A stretch of DNA of 64,000 nt from Flavitalea sp. (GTDB taxonomy: Bacteria; Bacteroidota; Bacteroidia; Chitinophagales; Chitinophagaceae). Shown here piece by piece: positions 37,117 to 47,005 of this stretch. The DNA is taken from the NCBI GenBank assembly GCA_036742645.1, contig DAINQQ010000001.1, positions 4,760-68,759 of the forward strand. The letters run 5' to 3'. A model generated the notes under the pieces. The model was given only the letters and a program-made list of their open reading frames with translations. It searched no databases and was not told the DNA's origin. The position numbers and the translations under genes were made by a program. Position 1 is the stretch's first letter; every line of letters starts with the position of its first letter.

Positions 37117-38376
37117 TTAAAAAACCCATCCCAGTACCAGGCAGATTAAAACCACGATTGGAGAAGGTATCCTCGTGTAAGAAAGCGTAAGCCAGGTACC
37201 TACTATTACTCCAATATTTAAGGCGCTGATCGTTTTAAGTTCCGTGAGCGAAATGTCCTTCATCATATACAACGTTGAGGCCGCCATAATACCAACCACC
37301 ACGGCATTGATACCTTCAAGCGCCCTGTACACGACGGCAAACCTTTTTAGATTATGCCATATCGGGAAAAAAAATAAGACAAGAAGAGCACTTGGTAGAA
37401 AAATCGCAATTGAACCAATCACAGAACCCAACAACTGCCAGGATAAATTCCGATCTTTCATGGCCAATCCACCGGTAAAAGAAGAAATTGAAAACACCGG
37501 ACCCGGGATAGCTCGTACAATGCCCGCTCCTGTATAAAAGTCATCCTTGTCGATGCTGATTACATTCTGCGATTTATTTTCATTTTTCCGTATCACGATG
37601 TCCGACGTCGGCCTTTCCACAAATTGTTCATACATCATTGGTATCAGTACCTGTCCGCCGCCAAATACAAGACTTCCAAAACGATATGTGTTTTCAAACA
37701 GGTTAAGCGGACGGCGATTTGGCCAATCGTTTTTCCTTGCCAATTCACTGGTAACCCCGGCGATGAGAAAAATAATTCCAAATAGCCAGATGTTACCCCA
37801 TTTGATCTTTTTGGGTGGATCGCCTTTCTGAGGTATCCGCCTGTCACTGAGATTCGTTATTACGCCACCGAAAGCAATCAGCAGGGGAAAAATCCAGGGA
37901 GCCTTAAAAAGCAAAAAGGTTATAATGGCACTCCCAAGCAGAATGGCCTTTGTAATTGTGTTGTGAATCGATATGCGATAAGAATTTGTTGCGGCATAGG
38001 CCAGAAAACCGACTGCCATGGGCTGTATGAATTCAAATAGACTATCATTTAATTCTCTCTGATCAATATACTTTAGTAAAAAAGCCAGGGCGCCCATTAA
38101 GAAACAAGCCGGAAAGATCCAAATCACAAGGGTTAATACCGCAAGTGGCGCACGCCCTCGTTTGTATCCAATTAACGTGAGCACTTGTGTGGAGGAAGCG
38201 CCAGGTAAAAGCTGGCAAAACGAATTATACTCCATCAATTCAAGTTCCGTTACGTCATGCCGGCAATGGACAAACGTTTTAACCATCATTGCAAAATGTG
38301 CCTGCGGGCCACCAAAGGCGGTAATACTATGAATAAAGACAGCGCGTAAAAAAGAAATATGTCGGAGAAGAATCAT
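37117..38376 (-). CDS. chrA: Chromate transporter (two CHR domains)
   Basis: 419-aa polytopic ORF with the CHR signature FGGPQAH in the first half and FGGGQVLIP in the second. Confidence 0.88.
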   Translation of the reverse strand: MILLRHISFLRAVFIHSITAFGGPQAHFAMMVKTFVHCRHDVTELELMEYNSFCQLLPGASSTQVLTLIGYKRGRAPLAVLTLVIWIFPACFLMGALAFLLKYIDQRELNDSLFEFIQPMAVGFLAYAATNSYRISIHNTITKAILLGSAIITFLLFKAPWIFPLLIAFGGVITNLSDRRIPQKGDPPKKIKWGNIWLFGIIFLIAGVTSELARKNDWPNRRPLNLFENTYRFGSLVFGGGQVLIPMMYEQFVERPTSDIVIRKNENKSQNVISIDKDDFYTGAGIVRAIPGPVFSISSFTGGLAMKDRNLSWQLLGSVIGSIAIFLPSALLVLFFFPIWHNLKRFAVVYRALEGINAVVVGIMAASTLYMMKDISLTELKTISALNIGVIVGTWLTLSYTRIPSPIVVLICLVLGWVF

Positions 38377-38477
38377 TTAGAACTTTCCATTTTTCTAAAC
38401 GTTAGCATGTACAATTTAGGAAAACCGTTCAGTAAAGACATTTTTTTTACCAGCGACTACTTGTTTACCCTAAATCG

Positions 38478-39365
38478 TCAATTGAAATTATCCCATAATA
38501 TTTTAGAAATCCTTCTTGCAAGTTGCCACGCTTCGTTATCTGGTGTCCATCGTTCATCCTTGTTGTTTTTTGTCGAGATGCAAAACACATAAGGTCTCTT
38601 GGGCGCGTTGACCAATATAACTTCGCTTCGCGATGTGTTCACGGCACCGTTTTTTGAAAACACCTGGATCGTCGGCGGGATTACAGATAACGCATTTTCA
38701 TCCCAATGATTTCTACCTAGTAGACGCATCATCCGGTTACTCGCATTCGCAGTAAAGATTTTATGGCGATAAATTTTTAACACGAGTTCCGACATCTCAC
38801 GCGGAGTCGTCTGTCCCCATCCGTAAATCGACCGATTCACTTCACGCCCTGGAGTTCTGGAATTAACCTTGGTATGTTCAAAGCCGATGCTATCTAATAT
38901 CTGGTTGATCCGTGTTCCGGTACCTGCTAAACTTTGAAGCCATAAACTAGCGGTGTTATCACTCATGGTGAGCATCAGCATCATTACTTTACTGAGCTCG
39001 ATCTTCTCATCGTTTTTGAATGATCCCAATATATCAACACCTTCGTAGAGCAAGGAATCTTTATAAATAACGTCATCGTGATAGCGCAATTCTCCCCTTT
39101 CAATCTTGTCCATCACACCAACGAGAATAGGAATCTTCACCATGCTGGCCGTGGGAAAAACAGTATCGGCATTGATCGCAACAACCCGATTTCTTTTAAT
39201 GTCTTTTACATACACGCCAATGTCTCCCTGAAAACCGGTTATCAGCGTTTCGATTCTTTTTTGAAGCCTTTTATCTTTTTTCGTTTGAGCAACTGAAGAA
39301 CTAAACAGGAAAGCTGAAATGACAATAAAAAATATCTTATTTACCAGCATTGATAAATGTATCAA
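38478..39365 (-). CDS. Class A beta-lactamase-related serine hydrolase
   Basis: SxxK (ASMVK) and SDN (MSDNTAS) motifs are present. KNG replaces the canonical KTG. A signal peptide is present. Confidence 0.78.
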   Translation of the reverse strand: MIHLSMLVNKIFFIVISAFLFSSSVAQTKKDKRLQKRIETLITGFQGDIGVYVKDIKRNRVVAINADTVFPTASMVKIPILVGVMDKIERGELRYHDDVIYKDSLLYEGVDILGSFKNDEKIELSKVMMLMLTMSDNTASLWLQSLAGTGTRINQILDSIGFEHTKVNSRTPGREVNRSIYGWGQTTPREMSELVLKIYRHKIFTANASNRMMRLLGRNHWDENALSVIPPTIQVFSKNGAVNTSRSEVILVNAPKRPYVFCISTKNNKDERWTPDNEAWQLARRISKILWDNFN

Positions 39366-39937
39366 TTGCGATAATAACCATTTCTTGTGATTTCTTCCAA
39401 CACTTTATCTGGCACAAGATACCTTATCGATTTGCCTTCTTTTACATTCTTACGTATAAGTGTAGACGAAATCCCGAGGAGAGGAGCTTTTAACGTGGTG
39501 ATATCTGCGTTTGGGTAAAATGATATTTCTTCGTGCCCGGTCCGAACATAGACATAGATCGGATAGTGTTGAATGATGTGAAAGTAGTTTTTCCACTTGG
39601 GCAGATTCTTGAAACTGTCGCTTCCCATAATCACTGAAAAAGAATGATGAGGATACTTTTCCTGAAGATAGGAAAGTGTGTCAACTGTGTAAGACGGTTT
39701 AGGTAACCGGAATTCAATATCATTCACTCGTAAACCATTTTCTGCTTCCACTGCTAATTGAACGAGGTGTAGGCGGTGATATTCGTTCAGCAACCCGGCG
39801 GAAGACTTGAGCGGATTTTGCGGGGAAACGATAAACCAAACTTGCTCAAGCTGAGTATTTGCCAAAACATGGTTCGCAATGATACAATGACCCGTGTGAA
39901 TGGGATTAAACGATCCGAAATAAAGTCCGATCTTCAT
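39362..39937 (-). CDS. nadD: Nicotinate-nucleotide adenylyltransferase
   Basis: 191-aa ORF with GSFNPIHTGH (the HxGH motif) and ISST.IR near the C-terminus. Confidence 0.9.
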   Translation of the reverse strand: MKIGLYFGSFNPIHTGHCIIANHVLANTQLEQVWFIVSPQNPLKSSAGLLNEYHRLHLVQLAVEAENGLRVNDIEFRLPKPSYTVDTLSYLQEKYPHHSFSVIMGSDSFKNLPKWKNYFHIIQHYPIYVYVRTGHEEISFYPNADITTLKAPLLGISSTLIRKNVKEGKSIRYLVPDKVLEEITRNGYYRN

Positions 39938-39960
39938 ATAAATATCTAATATACAGCAGT

Positions 39961-40215
39961 TTATAGTTCCTCTACAAAAATTGTCCGGGCTTCATTAAGC
40001 CGCAGGCTTAAACTGTACCCGGCAACGCTAATAGATATGGGATCGCCGAGAGGGGCGACTTGTTCAACTTTGATATGTTCGCCTGGCAGGCAGCCCATTT
40101 CCATGAGCTTTAAAAAAAGGTCATTGCTTTCGAACGAGTATACTTTAACTGTCTTGCCGGGCTTTATCTCCGATAACCGTTTCATGCTCACAAATGTAGC
40201 TTTGTGCTTCCCCAT
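39961..40215 (-). CDS. feoA: FeoA family protein
   Basis: SH3-like FeoA pattern (L.E...G..V.V........L..L.EMG..PG..I.V....PLGDPI.I...G..LSLR..EA). Start is at ATG 40215 or 40185. The track's 40260 start would overlap ybeY. Confidence 0.8.
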   Translation of the reverse strand: MGKHKATFVSMKRLSEIKPGKTVKVYSFESNDLFLKLMEMGCLPGEHIKVEQVAPLGDPISISVAGYSLSLRLNEARTIFVEEL

Positions 40216-40234
40216 AACATTACGAATTTTGGAA

Positions 40235-40705
40235 ATGAGCAACCGAACACTCCGAAACAAGGTGAGCTTTCACGAATTTGAAAAAGCCCCCTGGCTCAAA
40301 AACCGGAGACTGTTGAAGCAATTTATTCCCTCAATATTTCGGTCCGAAAAAACAGAGCTCGTAGAGTTACTCATTATTTTCTGTTCAGACGAATACCTGC
40401 TCAGGATAAACCAGGAATATTTGCATCACGATGATTACACAGATATTATAACATTTGACTTATCTGATAACACAGCGCAGATAAGGGGCCAGATCTACAT
40501 AAGTCTTGAACGAATTACAGACAACTCATCGCTTTACGGAATAAAACCATCCCAAGAACTGCAAAGAGTTCTGTTTCATGGCGCACTCCACCTCTGTGGT
40601 TTTAAGGACAAGACCGCCCCAGAGAAAGAGCTCATGCGGGCCAAGGAAGACTACTACCTCAAAAAATACCATCAGTATGTTTCACGTGAAACACGTTCCA
40701 CGTGA
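40235..40705 (+). CDS. ybeY: rRNA maturation RNase YbeY
   Basis: Metal-binding motif HGALHLCGFKD. I place the start at ATG 40235 (MSNRTLRN...). The track ORF from 40037 is an antisense read-through of feoA. Confidence 0.87.
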   Translation: MSNRTLRNKVSFHEFEKAPWLKNRRLLKQFIPSIFRSEKTELVELLIIFCSDEYLLRINQEYLHHDDYTDIITFDLSDNTAQIRGQIYISLERITDNSSLYGIKPSQELQRVLFHGALHLCGFKDKTAPEKELMRAKEDYYLKKYHQYVSRETRST

Positions 40706-40710
40706 AACAT
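40677..40710. promoter_or_regulatory. Double CACGTG-centred palindrome spanning the ybeY stop, 22 nt upstream of mnmG
   Basis: TGTTTCACGTGAAACA (40678-40693) is a perfect 16-nt palindrome. ATGTTTCACGTG (40677-40688) is also the reverse complement of CACGTGAAACAT (40699-40710). Confidence 0.5.
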
Positions 40711-40732
40711 TATCCTTTCGTAATTTTGGCGA

Positions 40733-42595
40733 ATGTTTCCGAAATATGACGTTATCGTGGCCGGAGCCGGACACGCCGGATGCGAAGCGGCCGCGGCCGC
40801 AGCTAACTTAGGGTCGAAGGTCCTTCTGATCACCATGAACCTGCAGACTATTGCCCAAATGAGCTGCAACCCAGCAATGGGAGGGATCGCAAAAGGACAA
40901 ATAGTGCGTGAGATTGATGCCTTAGGCGGTTATTCAGGTATCGTGACGAATGCCAGCATGATCCAGTTCCGTATGTTGAATAAATCCAAGGGCCCAGCCA
41001 TGTGGAGCCCAAGATCGCAAAATGACAGGATGCAGTTTTCACTGAAGTGGCGAGAAATGCTAGAACGCACCCCGAACATTGACTTTTACCAGGATATGGT
41101 GAAAACGTTATTAGTCGAAGAAAATAAGGTGACGGGGGTTATAACTGGTTTAGGCCACCGAATCATGGCAAAAACGGTAGTATTAACAAACGGGACATTT
41201 CTAAACGGAATAATTCATATCGGTGAAAAGAGATTTGGCGGGGGCCGCGTGGCAGAATCGGCCGCTACCGGTTTGACTGAGCAGTTAGTCGGGCTGGGTT
41301 TTGAAAGCGACCGTTTAAAAACAGGAACTCCCCCCAGAGTAGATGGTAGAAGTTTGGACTACTCAAAAATGGACGAACAGGTGGGAGACGAAGAGGTGGT
41401 TGGCTTTTCATTTTTAGAGCAACCAGATCTTAAACAACAAAAGAGCTGCTGGATAACTTATACGAATTCTGACGTTCACGACATTTTGAAAACAGGGTTT
41501 GATAGAAGCCCCATGTTCAGCGGAAGAATTGAAGGAGTAGGGCCCAGGTATTGTCCAAGCATTGAAGATAAAATCAATCGATTTGCAGAACGTGACAGGC
41601 ACCAGTTATTCGTGGAACCGGAGGGATGGAATACTGTGGAAATCTATGTAAATGGATTTTCAACCTCCTTGCCAGAGGAGGTTCAATACGAAGCTCTTCG
41701 TAGCGTTCCAGGGTTTGAATCTGTCCGAATGTTCAGACCTGGCTATGCCATAGAATATGATTACTTTCCCCCGACCCAATTAAATTATTCCCTTGAGACA
41801 AAGCTTATTAACAATCTTTTTTTCGCCGGTCAGATCAATGGGACCACGGGATATGAGGAAGCCGCATGCCAGGGTTTGATGGCTGGCATCAATGCTCACC
41901 AGAAGGCCAGAAACCTCGCGCCTTTCATTTTAAAAAGAAGCGAGGCATACATTGGCGTTTTAATCGACGACCTGATTAGCAAGGGTACAGATGAACCATA
42001 CAGGATGTTTACCTCAAGGGCAGAATTCCGGACCTTACTCCGACAAGACAATGCCGATCTCCGTCTTACTGAATTAAGTTACCGGCTCGGCCTGGCCTCA
42101 CAGGCAAGAATGGATAATGTCATAACAAAACAAGAAGGAGTACAAAAAATCAAGCGGATCCTGGAAGGCATCACCCTGGATAATTCCGAAACGGAAGCTT
42201 ATTTGCTGTCCAGGGAGAGCAGTATATTGTCTCAAAAGCAAAAAGCAATTCAGCTACTTTTAAGACCTAACGTGGACTTAATTTCACTCAAAGCGCATGT
42301 TGCGCGTTTATCCAAAGCTTTGGCGGAATTTTCGGCCGATGTTCTAGAACAGGCTGAAATACAGATAAAATATAATGTGTACATTGAAAAGGAAAAGGAT
42401 TTGGCTCTCAGGATTGGTCAATTAGAGGAGCTGGCTATCCCAGTGGATTTTGACTACGACCGGATAGCCGCCATTTCATCTGAGGCCCTTCAAAAATTTA
42501 AAAAGGTCAAACCAAGAACCCTAGGGCAGGCTAGCCGCATTAGTGGCGTTAATCCCAGTGATGTTCAGATCCTTATGGTTTATATGGGCAGATAA
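40733..42595 (+). CDS. mnmG: tRNA uridine 5-carboxymethylaminomethyl modification enzyme MnmG
   Basis: 620-aa ORF with the FAD-binding motif YDVIVAGAGHAGCEAA and full-length GidA/MnmG architecture. Confidence 0.96.
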   Translation: MFPKYDVIVAGAGHAGCEAAAAAANLGSKVLLITMNLQTIAQMSCNPAMGGIAKGQIVREIDALGGYSGIVTNASMIQFRMLNKSKGPAMWSPRSQNDRMQFSLKWREMLERTPNIDFYQDMVKTLLVEENKVTGVITGLGHRIMAKTVVLTNGTFLNGIIHIGEKRFGGGRVAESAATGLTEQLVGLGFESDRLKTGTPPRVDGRSLDYSKMDEQVGDEEVVGFSFLEQPDLKQQKSCWITYTNSDVHDILKTGFDRSPMFSGRIEGVGPRYCPSIEDKINRFAERDRHQLFVEPEGWNTVEIYVNGFSTSLPEEVQYEALRSVPGFESVRMFRPGYAIEYDYFPPTQLNYSLETKLINNLFFAGQINGTTGYEEAACQGLMAGINAHQKARNLAPFILKRSEAYIGVLIDDLISKGTDEPYRMFTSRAEFRTLLRQDNADLRLTELSYRLGLASQARMDNVITKQEGVQKIKRILEGITLDNSETEAYLLSRESSILSQKQKAIQLLLRPNVDLISLKAHVARLSKALAEFSADVLEQAEIQIKYNVYIEKEKDLALRIGQLEELAIPVDFDYDRIAAISSEALQKFKKVKPRTLGQASRISGVNPSDVQILMVYMGR

Positions 42596-42636
42596 ATGCG
42601 TTGAATCTAGTCCACGAATTTTCAGCCTTGGCAAGG

Positions 42637-43647
42637 CTAAAGACCAAAGTTGCGGCTGATTTCCAACATCCTCTCAATAGGACGCCTTGCAGCGATTCTA
42701 ATCTGTTCGTCCATTAGAATCTCCGGCATTTCATACTTCATGCTGATGTACAACTTTTCAAGAGTGTTAAGTTTCATGTGAGGGCAATCGTTGCAGGCAC
42801 AGCTATTATTGGGTGGGGCCGGTATAAAAGTTTTATGGGGTGAAGATTTTTGCATCTGGTGTAAAATGCCAGTTTCAGTGGCGACGATAAATTCATCATG
42901 TTCCTCTTTCTCAGTGTACTTCAATAGCCCGGTAGTGGATCCTATAAAATCTGCCAGGCGAAGAACATTTTCTTCGCATTCCGGGTGCGCTATGAGTTTC
43001 GCCTTAGGGTGGCGGATCCGCAACTTCATGATTTTCTCCAGGCTAAATATTTCGTGAACCATGCAGGCGCCGTTCCATAGTACCATGTCACGTCCGGTTT
43101 TCTTAATCAACCACGATCCAAGGTTTTTATCCGGCGCAAAAATAATCGGTTGATCTTTTGGCACACTTTCCACAATGTAAGCAGCATTGCTGCTTGTGCA
43201 AATAATATCACTCAATGCTTTAATACCAGCCGAACAATTTATGTACGATATAACGATATGATTCGGATATTTTTCCTTGAACCTTTTGAATAAGGCAGGT
43301 GGTGCTGAATCAGCCAGGGAACATCCGGCGTTCAGGTCGGGCAATAAAACTTTCTTTTGTGGGTTTAATATCTTGGCTGTCTCAGCCATAAAGTGAACGC
43401 CAGCAAAAAGGATTATATCGGCCTCTGTTTTTTCTGCCTGCTGGGCAAGTCCTAAACTGTCACCAATATAATCTGCAATATCCTGGATATCGGATTCCTG
43501 GTAATAGTGGGCAAGGACTATTGCATTTTTTTCCTTCTTCAATTTTTCAATCTCTGCAAAGAGATCTAAAGAAGGATCCGGCTCGATGTCGAGAAACCCG
43601 CGTTCATTTATTTTTGTTTTGGCAGTTTCAATGTTTAAAACTTCCAT
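42637..43647 (-). CDS. nadA: Quinolinate synthase
   Basis: 336-aa ORF with the NadA pattern ([21 protein letters not shown], the Cys ligands, HPECE). Confidence 0.94.
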   Translation of the reverse strand: MEVLNIETAKTKINERGFLDIEPDPSLDLFAEIEKLKKEKNAIVLAHYYQESDIQDIADYIGDSLGLAQQAEKTEADIILFAGVHFMAETAKILNPQKKVLLPDLNAGCSLADSAPPALFKRFKEKYPNHIVISYINCSAGIKALSDIICTSSNAAYIVESVPKDQPIIFAPDKNLGSWLIKKTGRDMVLWNGACMVHEIFSLEKIMKLRIRHPKAKLIAHPECEENVLRLADFIGSTTGLLKYTEKEEHDEFIVATETGILHQMQKSSPHKTFIPAPPNNSCACNDCPHMKLNTLEKLYISMKYEMPEILMDEQIRIAARRPIERMLEISRNFGL

Positions 43648-44219
43648 AGTATTTAATAATATTTAATTATTTATATATAGTCTATTACTATTAGGGATGT
43701 TAATTAGGGGATAAAATTCTACAGATAATTTTGGTAAAATTACAGAGAACAGTTTATTAACCTTAATTCACTTTCTGTGCACAGATTCAAATTGATTGGT
43801 AAGGCTCAGACTCAATATTTCTTCACACCTGTTAAAAACAGTTGTTTGGGAAAAATAGTTGCAGCTAATAAAAAACGACGGCGTTAATTCAACTGGTATA
43901 ACATGCAATTTATGTACGGAGTTGCAGGGGATAGTCATTTTCAAAAAAGTTTTGATCTATATTTCCCCATTTAATAATACCAGATTCTGGTATTATCCAC
44001 CGGATTCAACTCTTATTAAGATATGCTGTGTGAATCATGTTTTCACGACTTGGTTCCACACTAAATAGCGCACCGTCCAACTTTCAGAAATTTTTCGAGG
44101 CCCAATTCACGGGAAGCCACGATTGAAGCAGTTTGCATCGCTTTTCCACACTTTGTTCATAACCGATTTTCCCCTATTTTTGCCGTCCATTTTCCTAAAC
44201 CGTACGTAATAAAAAGAAT

Positions 44220-46355
44220 ATGTCGATCATTCAAAACATTCGTGATAAAGCTGCCTGGATTATTATTGCAGCAATTGCCATAGCACTTATAGCATTTATT
44301 GTACAGGATGCTTTTCAGAATCAGAGTATGTTCCAAAGTAATCCGTCTGTTTTGGGAAGAGTTGCCGGGAAAAAAATCGATGCTGCAGATTTTGAAGAAA
44401 GATATAAACAAACGGAAGCCCAGTATACTAACCAGGGTTATCCAATGAATGAGGGTATGCGCCAGAACATTCGTGAAGCTCTTTGGAACGAATATGTAGA
44501 CGATGCTATCATGAGTGACAGGTATGAAAACCTCGGTATACAGATAACCGATAAGGAACTAAGTGATCTCTTGTTTGGAACCAACCCGCCGCAGGAACTA
44601 CGTCAGCAGTTTACCGACCCCAACACGGGTATATATGACGCCAACATGGCGAACCAACAAATCCAGGCACTGAGAAAACAAAAGAATACTCCTATGTACA
44701 GGAGTTTCTTCGAACAATATGTTCCAAACTTAAAGAAAGGAAGACAAAAAGAGAAGTACATGGCATTGTTGGCGAACAGCACTTATGTAGCAAAGTGGAT
44801 GGTAGAAAAAAACAATGCTGATAATAGCCAGAAAGCAGCTATTTCGTTTGTAAATGTCCCTTATTCAACAATCTCTGATTCTGCAGTAAAAGTAACCGAT
44901 GACGAAATCGTCACTTATGCAAAGAACCACAAAGAAGAGTATAAACAAGACGAGTCGAGAGGAATCCAGTACGTAACCTTCAACGCGGCTCCGAGCAAAG
45001 CGGATAGCCAGGAAGTTTATAACCAGGTAGTTTCTTTAAAAGAAGAATTCGCAGCTGCAACAGATCCTACGGCTTTCTTAGTTCGCACAAGCAGTGAAAC
45101 TCCATTCTATGATGCATTTGTATTGAAGTCAAAGATGCAGGTCTCTGCTACGGATACAATTCAGAAATTAACTGAAAACGAAATTTACGGACCATACCTC
45201 GACGGCGGTAATTATGTATTGGCAAAAATGATCGCAAAAAGAAGTGTTCCCGATAGCATAAAGAGCCGGCACATACTTATTAAATTTTCTGAGAGGGGAA
45301 AACCTATCCGGGAAGACAGTGCTGCGAAAAAACTAATCGATAGCATCGTTACCGCTATTCGCGGCGGAGCAAATTTTGATAGCATGGTTGTTAAATTTAG
45401 CGAGGATGAAGGCAGCAAGGAGAAGAAAGGAGAATATGATTTTTCTTCTTTACAAATCGGAAATCTGAGTAAGGAATTCGCAGATGTTGTTTTTTACGGT
45501 AATGCCGGGGATAAAAAAACAGTCAGGGTTGAAAACGCTCAGTATGGAGGATACCATTATATAGAGGTTCTTTCGCAGAAAAATTTCGAACCAGCTTTCA
45601 AGGTGGCGTACCTGACCAAAGCGATTGTAACAAGCGACGCAACAGATAACGCTGCGATGGGACTTGCTTCGCAATTCGCGGCAGAGAGTCGCAACAGGCA
45701 GAAGTTTGAAGAGAATGCAAAAAAGAAAAACCTGAACAGGTTTACCGCGGCGGAGATTAAGCCCCTTGAAAGCAATATCCAGGGTCTTGGAGAAAGTCGG
45801 GAGTTGGTTAAATGGATGTATGAGGCTGAGGTCGGCGACGTTGCCGATCGTCCTTACCTCGTTGGTGATAAATATGTAGTGCCCGTCTTGATACAGGTAG
45901 CTGAAGAGGGAATCATGAGCGCTCAAAAGGCCAGGCCGCTTGTAGAATTCATTATAAGGAACGAAAAGAAAGCAAATCAGATAATCGCCAAAATTGGATC
46001 AGCAAATACGCTTGAGGCGATAAGTAAAGCAGTTAATCAACCTGTTTCACAAAGCGATAGTGTTTTATTTAGCAGTCCTTATATTCCAAATGTTGGACAG
46101 GAATTGAAGGTGGTAGGCGCAGCGTTCAATAAGCAAAATCAAGCCAAGGTGTCCCCGCCTATACCGGGAAATGGCGGTGTGTTTGTGTTGAAGGTTAATA
46201 ATACAAGTGCTGTTGCAAATCCAGATTTCGATGCGGCGCAACAGCAGGCGACGATGCAACAATTGCAACAAAGATCAATCTCCAATCCGCAGGCCCTCCT
46301 TGAAATATTAAAAAAAACAGTTACCGTCAAGGATAACAGGGCTAAATTCTTTTAA
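44220..46355 (+). CDS. PpiD-like periplasmic chaperone / peptidylprolyl isomerase (SurA N-terminal domain + parvulin)
   Basis: 711-aa ORF with an N-terminal TM anchor (MSIIQNIRDKAAWIIIAAIAIALIAFI), which is typical of PpiD, and a central parvulin region (SRHILIKF...GGANFD). Confidence 0.83.
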   Translation: MSIIQNIRDKAAWIIIAAIAIALIAFIVQDAFQNQSMFQSNPSVLGRVAGKKIDAADFEERYKQTEAQYTNQGYPMNEGMRQNIREALWNEYVDDAIMSDRYENLGIQITDKELSDLLFGTNPPQELRQQFTDPNTGIYDANMANQQIQALRKQKNTPMYRSFFEQYVPNLKKGRQKEKYMALLANSTYVAKWMVEKNNADNSQKAAISFVNVPYSTISDSAVKVTDDEIVTYAKNHKEEYKQDESRGIQYVTFNAAPSKADSQEVYNQVVSLKEEFAAATDPTAFLVRTSSETPFYDAFVLKSKMQVSATDTIQKLTENEIYGPYLDGGNYVLAKMIAKRSVPDSIKSRHILIKFSERGKPIREDSAAKKLIDSIVTAIRGGANFDSMVVKFSEDEGSKEKKGEYDFSSLQIGNLSKEFADVVFYGNAGDKKTVRVENAQYGGYHYIEVLSQKNFEPAFKVAYLTKAIVTSDATDNAAMGLASQFAAESRNRQKFEENAKKKNLNRFTAAEIKPLESNIQGLGESRELVKWMYEAEVGDVADRPYLVGDKYVVPVLIQVAEEGIMSAQKARPLVEFIIRNEKKANQIIAKIGSANTLEAISKAVNQPVSQSDSVLFSSPYIPNVGQELKVVGAAFNKQNQAKVSPPIPGNGGVFVLKVNNTSAVANPDFDAAQQQATMQQLQQRSISNPQALLEILKKTVTVKDNRAKFF

Positions 46356-46374
46356 CCGATCGAATATCAAAAGA

Positions 46375-46402
46375 AAAAGCAGGCATCGGTCTGCTTTTTT
46401 GC
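46375..46402 (+). terminator. Intrinsic terminator after the ppiD-like gene
   Basis: Stem AAAAGCAG / CTGCTTTT with a T-run, 20 nt after the stop codon. Confidence 0.7.
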
Positions 46403-46498
46403 TTTTAAGCTAAGTGTTAATTGTGAATCGCAGATACCAGCTACACTTTAATAAGCCGCAATTAGGCCGTAACTTTGATGTTAAACATTCCCCGATGT

Positions 46499-47005
46499 AT
46501 GACCGATGCTATCGTAAATAAAGTTGCTTTAAGCCCGTTATTAAGTCTTGACCTGGAGGAATACTATCCGAAAGAAAAGATTGTTGTGTTCGATCTGAAG
46601 CCTCATTTATTCAGGGAACTTATCTTAAAGGAAAAGGAATTCCGCGTTGCCTTGCAAAATCACGATTGGGAGCAATACAGGGATAAAATAGTGGCCGTTA
46701 CCTGCACTACAGATGCCATCATTCCTGTTTGGGCCTATATGTTGGTTGCGTCTTATCTTCAACCAGTAGCAAAGGACGTGATCTTTGGAGATGATAAGAC
46801 AGCACTTCAAAAGCAGTTTCTGAAAAACATCGATGCTATCGACACCAATGAATTTGTCGACAAGCGAGTGGTGATAAAAGGCTGCGGCGACCTTCAAATC
46901 GGGGAGTTTGCTTACATGGAGATCACAAAAAAATTACGGCCCGTAGTTAAAAGCATCATGTACGGTGAACCTTGTAGCACCGTTCCGATCTTCAAAAATA
47001 AGTAA
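46499..47005 (+). CDS. DUF2480 family protein
   Basis: The pattern IVNKVA.S.L...DLEEYYP matches what I recall for DUF2480. Start is at ATG 46499; the track starts at TTG 46475. Confidence 0.7.
   Translation: MTDAIVNKVALSPLLSLDLEEYYPKEKIVVFDLKPHLFRELILKEKEFRVALQNHDWEQYRDKIVAVTCTTDAIIPVWAYMLVASYLQPVAKDVIFGDDKTALQKQFLKNIDAIDTNEFVDKRVVIKGCGDLQIGEFAYMEITKKLRPVVKSIMYGEPCSTVPIFKNK

Noticed and set aside
40037-40234. The N-terminal 66 codons of the 222-aa track ORF containing ybeY
   Set aside because: This part is antisense to feoA. YbeY homology starts only after ATG 40235.
43648-43860. Class I NAD+ riboswitch (nadA motif) in the nadA leader. The minus strand reads UUAACAUCCCUAA, vaguely like the CAACA..CCCC core.
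   Set aside because: The leader is extremely AT-rich, with no supporting stems and no tandem-domain architecture. That motif is known from Acidobacteria, so the resemblance is a single short word.
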